Assembly: GCA_973895155.1 (NCBI GenBank)
Contig: OZ316891.1
Coordinates: 13,051,037-13,115,036, forward strand
DNA: 64,000 bases
Reading direction: 5' to 3'
Source: Marsupella aquatica
Lineage: Eukaryota; Plantae; Marchantiophyta
A program made the position numbers and the translations under genes. Shown piece by piece: positions 14,743 to 27,419 of the stretch. Every line of letters starts with the position of its first letter. The stretch's first letter is position 1. Under the pieces are notes generated by a model. It worked only from the letters and a program-made list of their open reading frames with translations. It did no database searches and was not told where the DNA came from.

Positions 14743-15400
14743 TGTATATATAATATCTATATTAGCTCGAGCAGTCAGGGGAGTGTACTTTTTTTCTCTT
14801 GAGACAACAACTGCATGTTATGTCCTTGAATGTACACCTTGTTTGTTTCCTTCCTTCAACTTATTAAGAACACGTAACTCATATTAACAACCATTTGAAA
14901 TTATATTCATCTCATTGCAGGAAGAAAGACAAGAAGCGGAAGTCCAATTTTGGGGAAATAAGGACTCAAACTCTTTGCTGTCCGATTCAACTACTCTTCT
15001 TGATCATCATGCTAGTGGCTCATCTATCACTAATGGGTTTCAACTGAAGATTCCTCTCAAGGTGACTTCCCTAAATTTTGAGAGTGTGTGCTTACAGCAG
15101 TCTCCTCGAGGGACTTATCAATTTACAAATCCAAGTAAATCCCGAGTTACCATCTACAATCATCTATCAAATTTTTCAGGAGTTAAAGTTTGGGATGTTG
15201 ACGATCCCAAACAACAGTCCGGAGTTCTCCGTCGTTGTTTGGATAGGAATCAACCTCTGATGAGGGGGAAAGGTAAGGGTGAAAACAAGGTTATCATGAT
15301 ACCATACTCAACTTATGTAAAGAATCTAAGTCCTCCACCCGGTCCTCCAAAAGATTGGACTCAAAATGTCAGCTTTCAGAACAAAGGCTTTGCATTGTAG
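1009..15400 (+). CDS. LRRC9: Leucine-rich repeat-containing protein 9 homolog (SDS22-type LRRs plus central ADP-ribosyltransferase/PARP-like fold), 20 coding exons, ~1598 aa
   Basis: Hand-assembled, phase-consistent exons: 1009-1069, 1281-1512, 1762-2029, 2939-3037, 3191-3387, 4018-4298, 4454-4644, 4908-5096, 5762-5912, 6283-7004, 7916-8039, 9038-9582, 9869-10006, 10243-10425, 11218-11340, 12228-12349, 12595-12916, 13396-13680, 14490-14573, 14921-15400 (4797 nt, a multiple of 3). All introns are GT-AG except 14574-14920 (GC-AG). Recalled LRRC9-like segments: LEMFLFNFTRI..FPNLTSLSLVQQ, FSDPHWGPSPLALLHNYQTYILFRL, RKRVYYNLCIK, ELDSGGNIRMESG..DIWYKSCVELVTSRF, WFVFDAAVVVPEYLVEFEY, YRQYTIYTLRKLKVLDG. 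The first exon is the least certain. Confidence 0.9.
14705..14738. repeat. (CA)17 microsatellite in the last LRRC9 intron
   Basis: Perfect CA dinucleotide run. Confidence 0.95.
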
Positions 15401-16331
15401 CATATGATCTAAGTTACCCATCACTTACTAAAGCATAGAAGAAAATTAAAACTTCCTCAGACCTCATTTTGTTGGAAGTGTCTTTTGTCTTAGCAACTTT
15501 TTACTGCTAGCCTGTAACAATTATCTACAGTAGATGGTAAAACATCTCTAAATATGAATTTTCTTTACAAGCCCTCATTATAGTTTCTGAGCTCTGCAAT
15601 AAACTTGGCATTGTACAACAAATGCCATTATTTTGTAAAGTAAAGATTTGGTGCTTTTCTGGAAAGAAAAGAATTACTTGAAACTAGTTCATTTGAACAA
15701 ATCTTAGAATTTCAAAACAATTTTCCCAGAACATAGTTGTAAAATCAATGAACATCTTTAGATATTTCTGTTGTTCTTTCAATACTTGCCATAATTGACC
15801 CTAACATAATTTCTCTTCTTACTCTATCTATATAGCAAAATTTTAGTGGCTTTTTACATCACCATGGGTGAAGCAGGAGTAGTGCTACACTTCCAGCAAA
15901 ATATCAATCAGTGGACCCAAACCAAACTTATCAGATAGCTGACAACCTAGGTAGGGAATAAAACCTGTCACCTCATCCTCAAGTACACATTTGTGTTTGG
16001 CCCTCTACTAAACAGGAATTAGGGAGAGTAGGAGAAGATGATCAAGGAGATTTAAGTTCTTCCTTGTATAGTCATGGTCAGGCTTATGGGGGAGAGAATG
16101 AACATGATGGACGGGGTTGGGGTAGAGTTGGAAGGGAAGCAAAGCACCAGCAAGACCATTTCAAGTCACTGTAAAAATATGTTGACCAGACAAGTAAGGT
16201 CCAGTAAGCCCAGTAACCATTGGATATAATTGTAACAATAACTATTGGATACACATTGTAACAATATGTTGACTAAGCCCAGTAAGATCAAGCAAAACTC
16301 CAATGTGTTGTTGGATTCATGATATTCAGTT

Positions 16332-16407
16332 ACGGGTTCTTTGGGTTACTAGAAAGGTATTTGAGCTAGAACGGGTTCTTTGGTTACTAGAAAGGTATTT
16401 GAGCTAC
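16332..16407. repeat. Tandem duplication, ~39-bp unit x2
   Basis: ACGGGTTCTTT(G)GGTTACTAGAAAGGTATTTGAGCTA at 16332 and 16371. Confidence 0.9.
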
Positions 16408-17681
16408 CCTGCTGGTAATCACACATCAAAATGTGGCTGCATTCATTGATTGAAAGAAAAAAATTAGGATTATCACTGTATGCAGGGGTGCCGTACATAG
16501 TATGTCATACTTTGAGCTACTATATAGACTGAATGCTGTACTTTTCCATTGGATACCAATCATTACTAGGTGCCTTAGATGATGACACGTACTCAAATCA
16601 ATTAAATTCATATATTTGGTACACAAAACTATGTGGAGAACTTAAAGACACAAGGTGTGCACTTTGTTTAGAATTATTTTCCACTCATGAGAAGTAATGC
16701 TAGAAATTCCATGAGATATGTTGAAGGGTTGGATCACAATATTAGAATTTTGAACTAGTGAGAAAGAAGAGCTGATAGCAAGGAATAATATTTAGAGAGG
16801 TGCCAATACAGTTTCAAAATCTAAACTATACAAGGGATGCACCTTGTTAAGACACATTGTAATAAAAATAAATAACAAATTTTTTGAATAAGACAAAATA
16901 TTGAAAGGTGGATTCACCATTATATATAGCTCCATCAAAATGGAAATGTAACAATTTTAATAAGAGTGCAGAAGTCATTTATTTTACAGACTTTTTAAAC
17001 TGCCTAATATTAGTATAGTAATTAAGTACTACCCAAGTTCACCTAGATACCCACTTCAATCAGGGTCTGACTTAGTGAAGTCTACAAAAATGTAAGATGG
17101 AATGAGGTGTAAAACATGTGTAAATTGAAAATTACATGTAATATGTGAAAACCAAAATACACAACAGTGACCTGCTGAGATTTTACTCAAGGAGCTGACT
17201 AACTCTATGTGATTGATTTTCTCTTTATGACCACAATTACACCTGTTGTCCCACATCTAACCTGAGTTAACAAAACCTTCATCAACAGCCCACTATCAAT
17301 ATATGCACCACTTTGATATCCACAATGCACCAAAGATAAGGGACCCTTGTCGCTACTTTTGGAGTGTTTGTCCTCATTAGACCAGGCTGTTGGTTTTAGG
17401 GATGCAATTAAATGTAACTCAATTGGCAATAATGTTCTAGAACCAGGCAGAAGGACCACAGTGGTCAAAGGACTACAGTCTCATGGATTTCCTGCACCTT
17501 CAAAGAACATCACAGCGCTTTCCAAAATAAGGCCAGCTTCTGTACATTTGTGTGCCCTTAAATTCTATGAAGTTCTGGAATCAAAGTTCTGGAAATGTCT
17601 ACACACCCTTGAGCCAATCAACAACTCCTTTGACGCAGGTTCATGCTGAAGCTAGCCTTTGATTCTAATCATCATAAAGCT

Positions 17682-17709
17682 GATGACTGATGACTGATGA
17701 CTGATGACT
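17682..17709. repeat. (GATGACT)4 short tandem repeat
   Basis: Four direct 7-bp copies. Confidence 0.85.
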
Positions 17710-19441
17710 CATAAAGCTGATCATCTGCAACCCAACAAACTGATAAACTAGTCAAATAAAAGGTTTCCAACATCACAAAGAATCTATTCCCTCAACTAGT
17801 TACCATTCTTACAAAAATGATGTTCATGCATTCTGAAGTGATCTGTTTGTCCATTCAAATCCCTATATGGACCGATTAACCAGAATAATGACAAAACAGC
17901 CACTTAGGAACACTTCTTAGCCACGACTAAGTGATATAGTGTAGTTTTTCTCCATCATTGAATTCATTCCAAAATTGCTACTGGATTTCTAGGTTCATTG
18001 GAACAGTACTTTTAAGGAATGATCTTCTATGAGTTTGGCAAATTGATACATTCTATATAGACTGCTGACATTAGCAAATACAGTCCAAGTTATTTGGTTT
18101 TAGTTTGCCTTTCATTCATTTTGAATACTTTCCATAGTGAAGCTTATCTACCACCTTTGTTTTTGTCTACCTCTGTCATCAGGTTCACAGCCAAGAGGAA
18201 ATCCAGGGCATCTATCATTTTTGAATTGTGTTTATCCAATTTCCAATTGTTCTGGCAATCATCTAAAGTATTCCCACATTGCCTTCTTGTGAAAAACCAA
18301 ACAAGGCAATCAAGTCAAGCTACTTTCTCAACCTAAATATCTCAACCCATGGAAAATCCCAATTGGGCAAAATTTGTTTACTTGCTAAACTCCTCCACCA
18401 TTTTGTCATGCCGAGGGACAATGCCTCTTATGCACATCGACACTTCCCTCGCATGCCCGCTAGGTATGTAGTTAGGGCCACTGCTTGAGTTAGTGACATG
18501 TTCATATAGCAAATTCAAGGCGTTCTTGAAGCAAACGTGCTTGTTAATGTGACGTCAGGAATTTATTTACTTACGGCATGTCGTTCTTTGTTGGTTTTCA
18601 ATTCTGGTTTACACCTTCACTATGTACATACCACTTCATTTGCTTTTTCTTGACACTTGTAAATGTGATGAGACTTTTTCTATGCATGTTGGTTGCTAGC
18701 AGCTTGCACATGTGCATTGCCGATGCCTTGTATGTTTTCGATACACTATGGCTACGATACTATATGTCACGACAATTTTGCTTAATGCAAAATGTAGAAA
18801 TGTTGGCTTTGCTTCAACAAAATTGTTGTCTAGAGCGCTATGTCTTGCATCAACAGAAGTGCCACCATTGCTTGATGCCTGATGCCTATGCTTGATGCTG
18901 GTTCTGCAATGGCAATTGATATAGGGATGGTCCTACATTCCTTGTCCATTGGCAATACCTAACATAGGGAAGCAGACTCCACACCTATTGCCACCCTTTC
19001 TTCTTTGCAATTGGCTCCAATGTATATGTTTATGGTCCTGCTATGCTCCTTAATGAAGCATATGGGGCAACCTTATGCTGACCCGCAAGAGCAGGGAGGT
19101 GTACCTTGGATTAGCGGTTGAGATTGATCCATCTGGTGGAATCGCTTGTACAGATTGAGAGATGCTACTTCTGACACATGTGGTTGGAGAGGCACCCTTC
19201 TCTCAAGCAATCACAACCCTTTCATTCAATTGCCAACATCCCAGATGATCTTATGATTGTTTCATGATCATCCAACGGTGCAGATTGGTAGGGTTTACTA
19301 GCTGGACGTGACAACTACTTAGTCTAAAAGAGCCACGCATTGTAGCCATTTTGCACTTCCCTTTTGGATGCCATGAGGCTGCGGAGTTTGAGTTTGAGTA
19401 CCAGGGGCTTTTCTGTGGATGAGCTTTGTAATGTGCATTTA

Positions 19442-19458
19442 AGAGTTTTTCCAATTTT
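19442..19458. repeat. LINE target-site duplication (left copy)
   Basis: AGAGTTTTTCCAATTTT, identical to 26318-26334. Confidence 0.9.
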
Positions 19459-19693
19459 CCTTGCAACATTTTATAATTTTTAATAATTTTGGTCACGAAA
19501 ACCCCGTGACAGAGGAAACACAAAGAACCATCAAGTAGGGCATTTCAGCCCCAAGAGACACACAGAAAAGCCAACCGCATCCCTGCAACCAAAAGCATAC
19601 CAGAAGGGACCCAGAGCAGGCCACGACCCACCTCAGTCAGGCCGCAGCCCCCATCAGAAAATCCAATCCGCTGTGTCGCCACCCCCTTACTTC

Positions 19694-22600
19694 CTACCCC
19701 GATGTAATCCATACATCCCTATGTCGCAGCCATTCAATTCTTTCCCTATTAATCATTTCCTTAGCCCGCAAAAGTCGCGTTTTCCGGTTACAAGCAGGCA
19801 GTGTCAACAGTATTGCAGAGACATGGTCAGCCACCTCTGAAAGGATGAATCTGAAATCCAACCTTCTGCTCCCACTTGCCTGAAACATGTGCTCATTGCG
19901 CCCCAACCATAATGCCCAAAGCATCTGAAAGAGCACAATCATCATTACAGTCTTGCCATGGTGCCTTCCAATCGCAAGATCAACAAGTCTCATCAACCCC
20001 CCGGGATAACCTGCAAATAAGCCGCCAAATCCTAGTGAACAGAGAGCCCAACATTTCTGTGCATGGATACAGTCCATAAATAAATGCGGGATAGTCTCCA
20101 GTATCCCGGGCATAGCTTACACTCTCCATTACCTTTACCTATCTTTACAGCTCTCACACTAGTGAACAATCCTGATGCAATAACTCTCCACGTAAAGGTT
20201 CGGGCACGCATTGACATGCCTGAACCCCATATCCCAGCCTAACAATCATTCCATTCCCGCTCCATTTTACTACTCCCCCACGTCCTGTTCAGGCTTGGCT
20301 GATCCTCCATACAAGGTCGAAGTAATTGATATGCCCTCCTGTTGGGGATCTTAAAGCACTTCAATGAGGCAGGATTGTCAGCCCAAGACCAGCATCGAGG
20401 GCCCGGTTCAAACTCCCACTCACATCGTGGAATTGAGTACACTGCCTCCAAGAATCTGATTCTCAGGTGTGAATCCCCTCAGATGCTCCCACCGCCCTTC
20501 TAGTCTTTGCCATTCCCCTCGTGCTTCTTGCCACAGATCCTGTATACACCTGATGCCCAGTCTCCCACAGAGCACTGTAGTAGCAGCCATATCCTCATTA
20601 CTCCAAGATTAAAATCCTTTCAGGCATCTGATCACGTCCCCTACCGACCATCGGCCCGGTATCATATCAGTTGGACAAAAGATCAGATTAGCCCGCAGCA
20701 GTGCCCAAGCCTTCCAGAGCCCTCCCGTGTAAGTGAGACCATGGAGCGCCCCAGGACTACAAAGCAGCATCTTGTCCCTAAAGGAGTAGTTGTTCCTACG
20801 CACAACCTTGTAATTCGCCCAACCAAGCAATTTTAAATTCTCTGCGAACATACCGGCCCATTCCGTTCCAGGCAAATCAATCGCTCTTGTAAACCACTTC
20901 GCCAGTAGAGCGTTAGAGTGACTCTTGAAGTCTTTAATCCCTAGCCCCCCCCTCAGCTTGTGGCCGGGTCATCCTGCCCCAAGACACCAGTGGTATTCTC
21001 CGCCCCCCTCCGCGTTGTATCCCCACGGGAAGTCCCTACACAGCGCTGTCATTTTCCTGTCCAATCCATGAGATGCTTTAAGAAACATCGAGTGATATAT
21101 TGGGATTGCCTGTAGGATGTGCCTCACCAGCAGAGTTCTTCCAGTGAATGAGAGTAACCTATTTGCCCATGAGGATAATTGCTGCCCTATTTTGTCAAGT
21201 ACAAAGTTGTGCAGTTGTTCCACCTTCAAATCCACCCCCAATGGGGCCCCGAGGTATTTCTGTAGCTCTCCTCGTTTGCTGATCACACATCCCGTGTCCC
21301 GAAGCCAACTCCGGATGTTACCAAGAACCAGAGGGATCACGATCGACTTCTTCAAGTTGAGTCGGGCCCCAGTGGCAGCTTCATAGCACTCAATCACTAC
21401 AGTGACCTGATGAAAATTTCTCTCCATTGCAGGGGTAAACATCCCCCAATCATCCGCAAAAAAACGGTAGCAGATCGTAAGTATCTCTGAAACCTGTATC
21501 CCTGCAAGTCTACCAGCTGCTAGTTTGGCATCCATAAAGTCCATTAATGGTTGCGTGGAAATAACAAACAGGAGTGGCGATAGAGGGCATCCCTGCCTGA
21601 CTCCCCGTTTGAGTTCTATCTCCGTTGATAGCATTCCATTCAAGTAGACTCTTGACGTTGCATGTTTCAGCAGTGACTGTACTAGTTTAATAAAATTGCT
21701 GCTAATTCCTAGCAGCTGCATTGTCTCCCAGATGTAATCGTGATCTACTCTGTCAAATACCTTCTCAAAATCCAGCTTGAGAAAGAGTGCCTCATACTTC
21801 CTGCTTTTCAGCCAATCAAATGTTAACCATGCCAACAAAATATTTTCCAGTATGTTTCTCCCCGGGATAAATCCCGTCTGCTGCGGGCTTATTAGCTGTG
21901 GCAGAACTCTAATGAATCTGCGTGCCAATATCTTTGCAATCAGCTTATAAATGGTGTTCAGCATGGTTAGCTGTCTCCAGTCTTTCAGCATTCTCTTGTC
22001 AGCCTTCTTGGGGATGAATTTAATTGTCCCCTCTTTTACCCCACTTGCCAGCTTCCCCGTCAGCCAGAATTCTTGTACCATGGCTACTAAATCCTCTTTC
22101 ATGAACCCCTAGCACGCCTGGTAAACTTCCACTGAAAGTCCATCCGGTCCAGGTGCCTTATCCTTGGGGAGCAGCCACAATACTTCCTTGATTTCCTTGA
22201 TGGTTGGCAGCCCCTCAAGCATCCCAATCTCCCATGCTGATAAGGGCGCCCGAGTATGCTCAAGCAATCTGCTTTGTTCCTTTAGAATGTTCCTCCTCTC
22301 TTGATTCGTGGGATCTCCCGGGGCGTACAGTTCCAAGCACGTCCCTTCGACCTCTCTCAGTATCATCCCTGCTTCTCTAATTTCACTCCCCCCCTCTAGC
22401 AGCAAGCACTTCATTGCCTCGCGTTCCCTCTTGGCCCTCACTATTGCAAAGTAAAACCAAGAGGGTTCCTCCCCCTCCCCCAACCACTTAATCCTTGCCA
22501 GCCGTCTGCCTCTGTATGCCTCCTCTAATTCAGCCGCATGGAGTAAGTCTTCCACCTCTATATATTCCCTTAGTTCATTTCCGGAGCATTCTTCCATAAT

Positions 22601-23599
22601 TGCCACCTTTAGCACTCATAATTGGTTTTGTAGTAACAACATCGCTTCCCCACTCTTCTTTGGTGAATCCTGCCGCTCCTTGTATGCCCTTCTCAGATTT
22701 TGACTAGCCTTATCAAATGCCAAAATTGGATCAGCCTCTTCCACTTTTCCTTTGTTCCATGCTACTTTCAGTACCTCAACCGTGCCTTTCATCAACACTA
22801 GTGTCGGGTTAGCCTTAAAAAGTGTAATCCGTTTCAGAGGGCTTTCCTCCCCACCATTCCCGTTCATTCGCATGCAGACCACCACCAGATCATGGTCAGA
22901 AAGAGCTGACCCACCATCATGTTCCAATTTCATCAGTTGGTCAATCCACTCTCCATTGTCACTGAAATATAACCTGTCCAGCCGGGATTGCACCATTTTG
23001 CCATTTCTGTTCCTGCGCCAAGTGAAGCTCGCCCCGTCAACAGCTCCCTTAAAGATTACTGCATCTACTAGGTTAAATCTGACCTTGAAAAACCGTCAGA
23101 ACTCCGCCTCTCTACCCTTAATTAGAGAGGATTCCCCTGTAGAGTCTTCCCTCCGCTCTGTCATATTAAAATCCCCACAAACGATCCAGTTAGCCTGAGG
23201 CAATATCTGCGTGAGCTCGTTCCATAGTATTGCTCTTCGTTTAGGCGAATTAGGTGCATATACACTTAATATCCCGAAATTGCATTCTGCATATCTCACT
23301 AATGCCCATACTGCACGCCCAAGATCCACCATTCCCGACGCGATCAGTTGTACAGCCGGGTGTAAGAGTAAGGATGTTCCTCCGCATCCCTCTTTAGGGG
23401 CCGAGGTGACACACCGGTACAGGGGCAATATTGCTCTCATAGCTACGTCCAATCTAAACTGATCTGCTTTGATTTCCTGTAGTGCCAAAATATCCAACCT
23501 TTCCTTTCGCGATTCTATCCAATTCTTAACAACATTCTTCCTGTTGGGCTCACACAGCCCACACACATTCCAAGAGGCGATCTTCAACATTCCACCCAT
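19694..23599 (-). pseudogene. LINE ORF2: AP-endonuclease + reverse transcriptase + zf-RVT, with in-frame stops and frameshifts
   Basis: Endonuclease motifs ASWNVCGL, LALQEIK, VYAPN, GDFN, SRLDRLY, SDH. RT motifs KAPGPDG, WRQLTMLNTIYKLIAKILA, QTGFIPGR, KLDFEKVFDRV, GVRQGCPLSPLLF, FFADD, KYLGAP. C-terminal CKLC..ETIPHLFMDC. In-frame stops at ~23096, 22616 and 22109, with frameshifts after ~20990. Confidence 0.93.
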
Positions 23600-23632
23600 G
23601 CTCTGTCCACCTCCCCACGATTCCCCTAGCAC

Positions 23633-25633
23633 TTACAGCCGATTCCGGCCACCCAAAGAAGTACCCAACCCAACACTCCCGCTCCTGCGGCTCCTGGGCG
23701 TCTCCGTTAGAAAATCCCCAGTCTCCTCCATCAGGTGATCCCCAACAGGTGATGCGGTGCCCACCAAATTGCCCCCTCCACCAGCTCCCGGTGGGGTGGC
23801 AATATCCACTGTCATCCTTGCCCTCTCCTCCCCGTGTGAACACTGAAATGCCTTCTCTGCAACAGGTACAGACAAAAGTGAGAAGTTAAGGGAGCGTTGT
23901 TTTTTTGCCTCTTGAGGTGCACGGTCCTTCTTAGCCACTAGCGGTGTCCTCTTGTCCAGCTTCCTTGCTCTCTCTTTCCCTTTGTCGGAGACATACTCAT
24001 ACTCAGACATATCCACATCAGTGTCCCCATGAAACGAATATGCCTCCGCGTCCACCCCATCCTCATTGCTGTGCGTTTCAATCGAGTCTGCAATAGTCGA
24101 TGCAGCCTTCCCGCTAGGTGCAAAGCTCCATGCCCCGGCATCTAGAGTGCTAGGCAACAACACCTCGGTTGCCGGTAGTTCCGTCGTCAACACCCTGTTC
24201 AGGGCAGGTCGCAGCTCCTCTCCCCTATCCCTCTGAGAGGCAATAGTCAAATTTTCTGCATTCCCCCTCCCACCTTGTTGATTGTCAGTGGAATCTGAGC
24301 CTGCTTCTTCTCGCATCAAAGCTTCAACAGCCAGTAAGTCCGCAGTTACCGTGTTGTCCTCCCTAGGGGCAGTCCTTCCCACTCCCATTTTGACCCGTAG
24401 ATTCGAGGCTAATTGCCTCCTCAACACCTCTTCTGGGTCTCCCTCGGCTACCTCATCCAATTCGTCAAGAGTATCATCTGCCGCCTCCCCTTTGTTCTCT
24501 TGATCAGCTTCCGCCACTACGCCTCTTCCCTCTCGGCATTCCCAGGCAAGGTGCCCCTTCTTGTTACATTTGAAACAGTGAAAAAGAATGTTCTTGAATA
24601 GAATCGGTTGCCAAATTATTATATCCTCTCGAATTTTGATTCTAGCACTTTGTGGCACCTCCCGTTCCGTATCCCACAGAATGCAGGCCCTATCATGCGG
24701 ATAAGAGTTAATTTGTAGTCATCACCTTGAATGTAATGCAGCAGCTTCCCCAGCGATTCCGCAATCTTAATGCAACACCCCTCTAATACCAGCGCGCGGA
24801 ACGGTAGCTCTATCCACACTGGCAACTTAGTGAATTTTGCAGACCTGATATCAAAGGAAGGATCCCAAGGGAAAGTAAATACTAATTTCCATTCCAAAAA
24901 CCAGGGGGCGGCCTCTAGGGCCAAATCATGATGGTCCGCATTTTCAAACACCACCATATAGAAACTTTTCCCTACGAATTTCACTTGCAATACCGGCCAA
25001 TTGTGCTCCTCAATCATCCATTCTTCCACCCATGCCCGAAACGTTGGCAGCATTGGGGTCCAGTCGGTGAAGTAGCAGAGCATTGCACAATTGTACAGTT
25101 GCTTCACATTCCCCGCTGCCTCCTCAAGACTCCAGTCCACCGTTGTGTACAGTTTAGAGCTCCAGTCCCCCTTTGTGTTATCTGCAATCTCTTTTAATAT
25201 ATTGATGCATTTGTCCGACACTTCTTCCCTCTCAGGTCCTTCCCCCTGCTTCAATGTCACTCCTGCTATAGAAACTCCTGGCTCAGCCAATTTGTGATCC
25301 CTGGATAGGAGATTCTGCATCAGTGATACGAACTTCAGCTCCCAATTTTTGAGCTGATGCCGCAACACTCAGTTTGGTCGGCTCCACCCCCGGGCATAGT
25401 GATGCCCCAGCCTCACTTTTATCACCAGTCTCCTCCCGAGTTGCCCGGGGTTCTCCAGAATCCAATTGCCGCTTACGAGCATGCTCAGAGTTTGCATACA
25501 AATCAAAGGGCGGCTGAGCCACAAAGTAAGGCCGCCTGTTAGGCGCGTCCTGCGCTCCCCTGCCCCGGGGTAGAGGCAAGCTTCGTGCATCCTGCCTACT
25601 GTACCTCCCATTTATCTCATCGTGCAATGTCAT
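23633..25633 (-). pseudogene. LINE ORF1 (DUF4283-like RRM + CCHC zinc knuckle), frameshifted
   Basis: VKFVGKSFYMVVF..ALEAAPWF..FPWDPSF..LPVWIELP..IAESLGKLL and CFKCNKKGHLAWEC are typical of plant L1 ORF1. Frameshifts near 25370 and 24700. The start codon is tentative. Confidence 0.85.
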
Positions 25634-26317
25634 CTTACTGAAAATGCAGGAGCAATACCAAAGTAATAAGGGACAGTTGCCTCTCACCTCACGCCCCAAG
25701 CTTTCAGTGTGTTTTGTGGCCTGCGGTCCCTGCTTAATCTTCCTCTTACCGTCTCCTCAACTATCACATTCTTTGTTTACACCTTCCAGCCTCGTCCCTT
25801 GGCCTTGCACTGTTCACCGACCTCTTCCACTCTGTCCGATTCTCCCGATCCACCGCTGCAACCCTCTTGCTGATCTTCAGCCAGCCCTTACCCTATCTAT
25901 TCCTTGCCCACGCTCTCTTGTTTTCTCTTAATCTGCTCTTACTCGCCTCTATGCTTCCATCTCTTATCGTCTTAATCCCTAATCCCTCCTCCCCGTTGGC
26001 TCTCCTGTAGTTTTATCCGTCCGTTTCTCACTTTTCTGCTTTTCTTGTTACCCTGATACCAGAAACGACGGTTTCCTGTCTAATCCCACTTACTCCCAAT
26101 CCCTAATCCACCTTTGCGAACCGTATACTTTCGCTCCTTACTCAAACCCTTAGTTTACACTCTCGTTCAAAAGAGTTTCCCCAAGTCAATCTGCAGAATC
26201 TAATCGCCTTCTGCCCCCAACCCGATGACCCAGCAAGGCACATCCCCAAATTAATGTTCCGCTGTCCGCCTAGCTCCTCAGTTCTCCTCAGTTCCTATAC
26301 TTTCCTCGGTAACCCGT

Positions 26318-26334
26318 AGAGTTTTTCCAATTTT
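26318..26334. repeat. LINE target-site duplication (right copy)
   Basis: AGAGTTTTTCCAATTTT, identical to 19442-19458. Confidence 0.9.
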
Positions 26335-27419
26335 GACATGCACTACGCTTTTTACCTTTGGAGTTCTACTCGATGTTTTCCACAAGGTTTGCAGTTTGCC
26401 TTTTTCTCTTCAAGCTTCTGCATGCATGCTCTTGTCTATATGTTGTGCTCGATCTGGAAGAAGGTTTTTGTCTCTCCTACTTTATTGCGTGCATATTATA
26501 ATGTCAATGTGGCCTTAATTGACGTCTTTTGCTTTCCAACTTAGATGATGACAAAGATTGACAACCTCTCGTGAGACTACTTTAGAATTCTTGTACTAAA
26601 AATGTAATGTTGGAAAAAGTGGCTCTCCCTACTACATGGTTTGACATTATGCCTACTAGCTAACTTCCACTGACCACTGCTATGCTTTGTATTTTAAGAC
26701 TCTTGTCTAAGTAATACTTGTGTAATAATGCGCTCGGCTCCGATGTACTAACATCTGTTGCAATGCATTGTATTTTTACGGTGTTGTGCTCAAACTGTCT
26801 TATGCATGCATATTCCTGCACATTTTTGTTTTTGATGTACATTTTGCCATTGTGGATGTCAGGCAATCCTCATTTTTCAGTTAAATCTAAACGAAGAGGA
26901 CGCTTCAACAAGCCTCCAAAAGTATCCCAAGGTTTTTTTGACTGGTTTCTTGCATTTGCTTTGACTTTCTTGATGAAGTTGCAAGACATTTGTACGTGGT
27001 CCTTCAGCTTGACATTGCTTGGGGTAACTCAGCTTCATTCATTCTTCCCTTGAGTGTCTGGGTTTTATTTGATGGATTGAGAGCCGAAACGAGGCATTGT
27101 TCTAGCCAACTGATTGCCTACTTATGACCTGAATGATGAAGCAGATGTTGTTGGACAGATACCACCATCTTTCAACTTGGGAATGTCTTCAATGACTTCA
27201 AGTGACGCAACCTCGTTTGGAATAGTGCTTTGAGCCATTGATTGAGTGTTCATCCAGTGCTGAGTCCTATACCTGTTTAAAGTCAGATAGACAGAACCTG
27301 AATGGAGAATCAAGGTCATTGCCCTTGAATAGATGTCCTTGCAGCTGCTAACTATCAGTCTTTTGGACGGTTCTTCATGTGAGTCTTCTTGAAGATCAGA
27401 AGTTATAGCGCACCCTTGC

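Larger units (their letters stand above)
19459..26317 (-). mobile_element. Full-length, degenerate L1-clade LINE (non-LTR retrotransposon), ~6.86 kb
   Basis: Minus-strand order: GA-rich 5'UTR (26317-25634), ORF1 (DUF4283-like plus zinc knuckle), ORF2 (APE endonuclease, RT, C-terminal zinc-binding), short 3'UTR with a decayed A-rich end. Bounded by a perfect 17-bp TSD. Confidence 0.93.

Noticed and set aside
19876-25542. Plus-strand ORFs over the LINE
   Set aside because: They are antisense shadows of LINE ORF1/ORF2.
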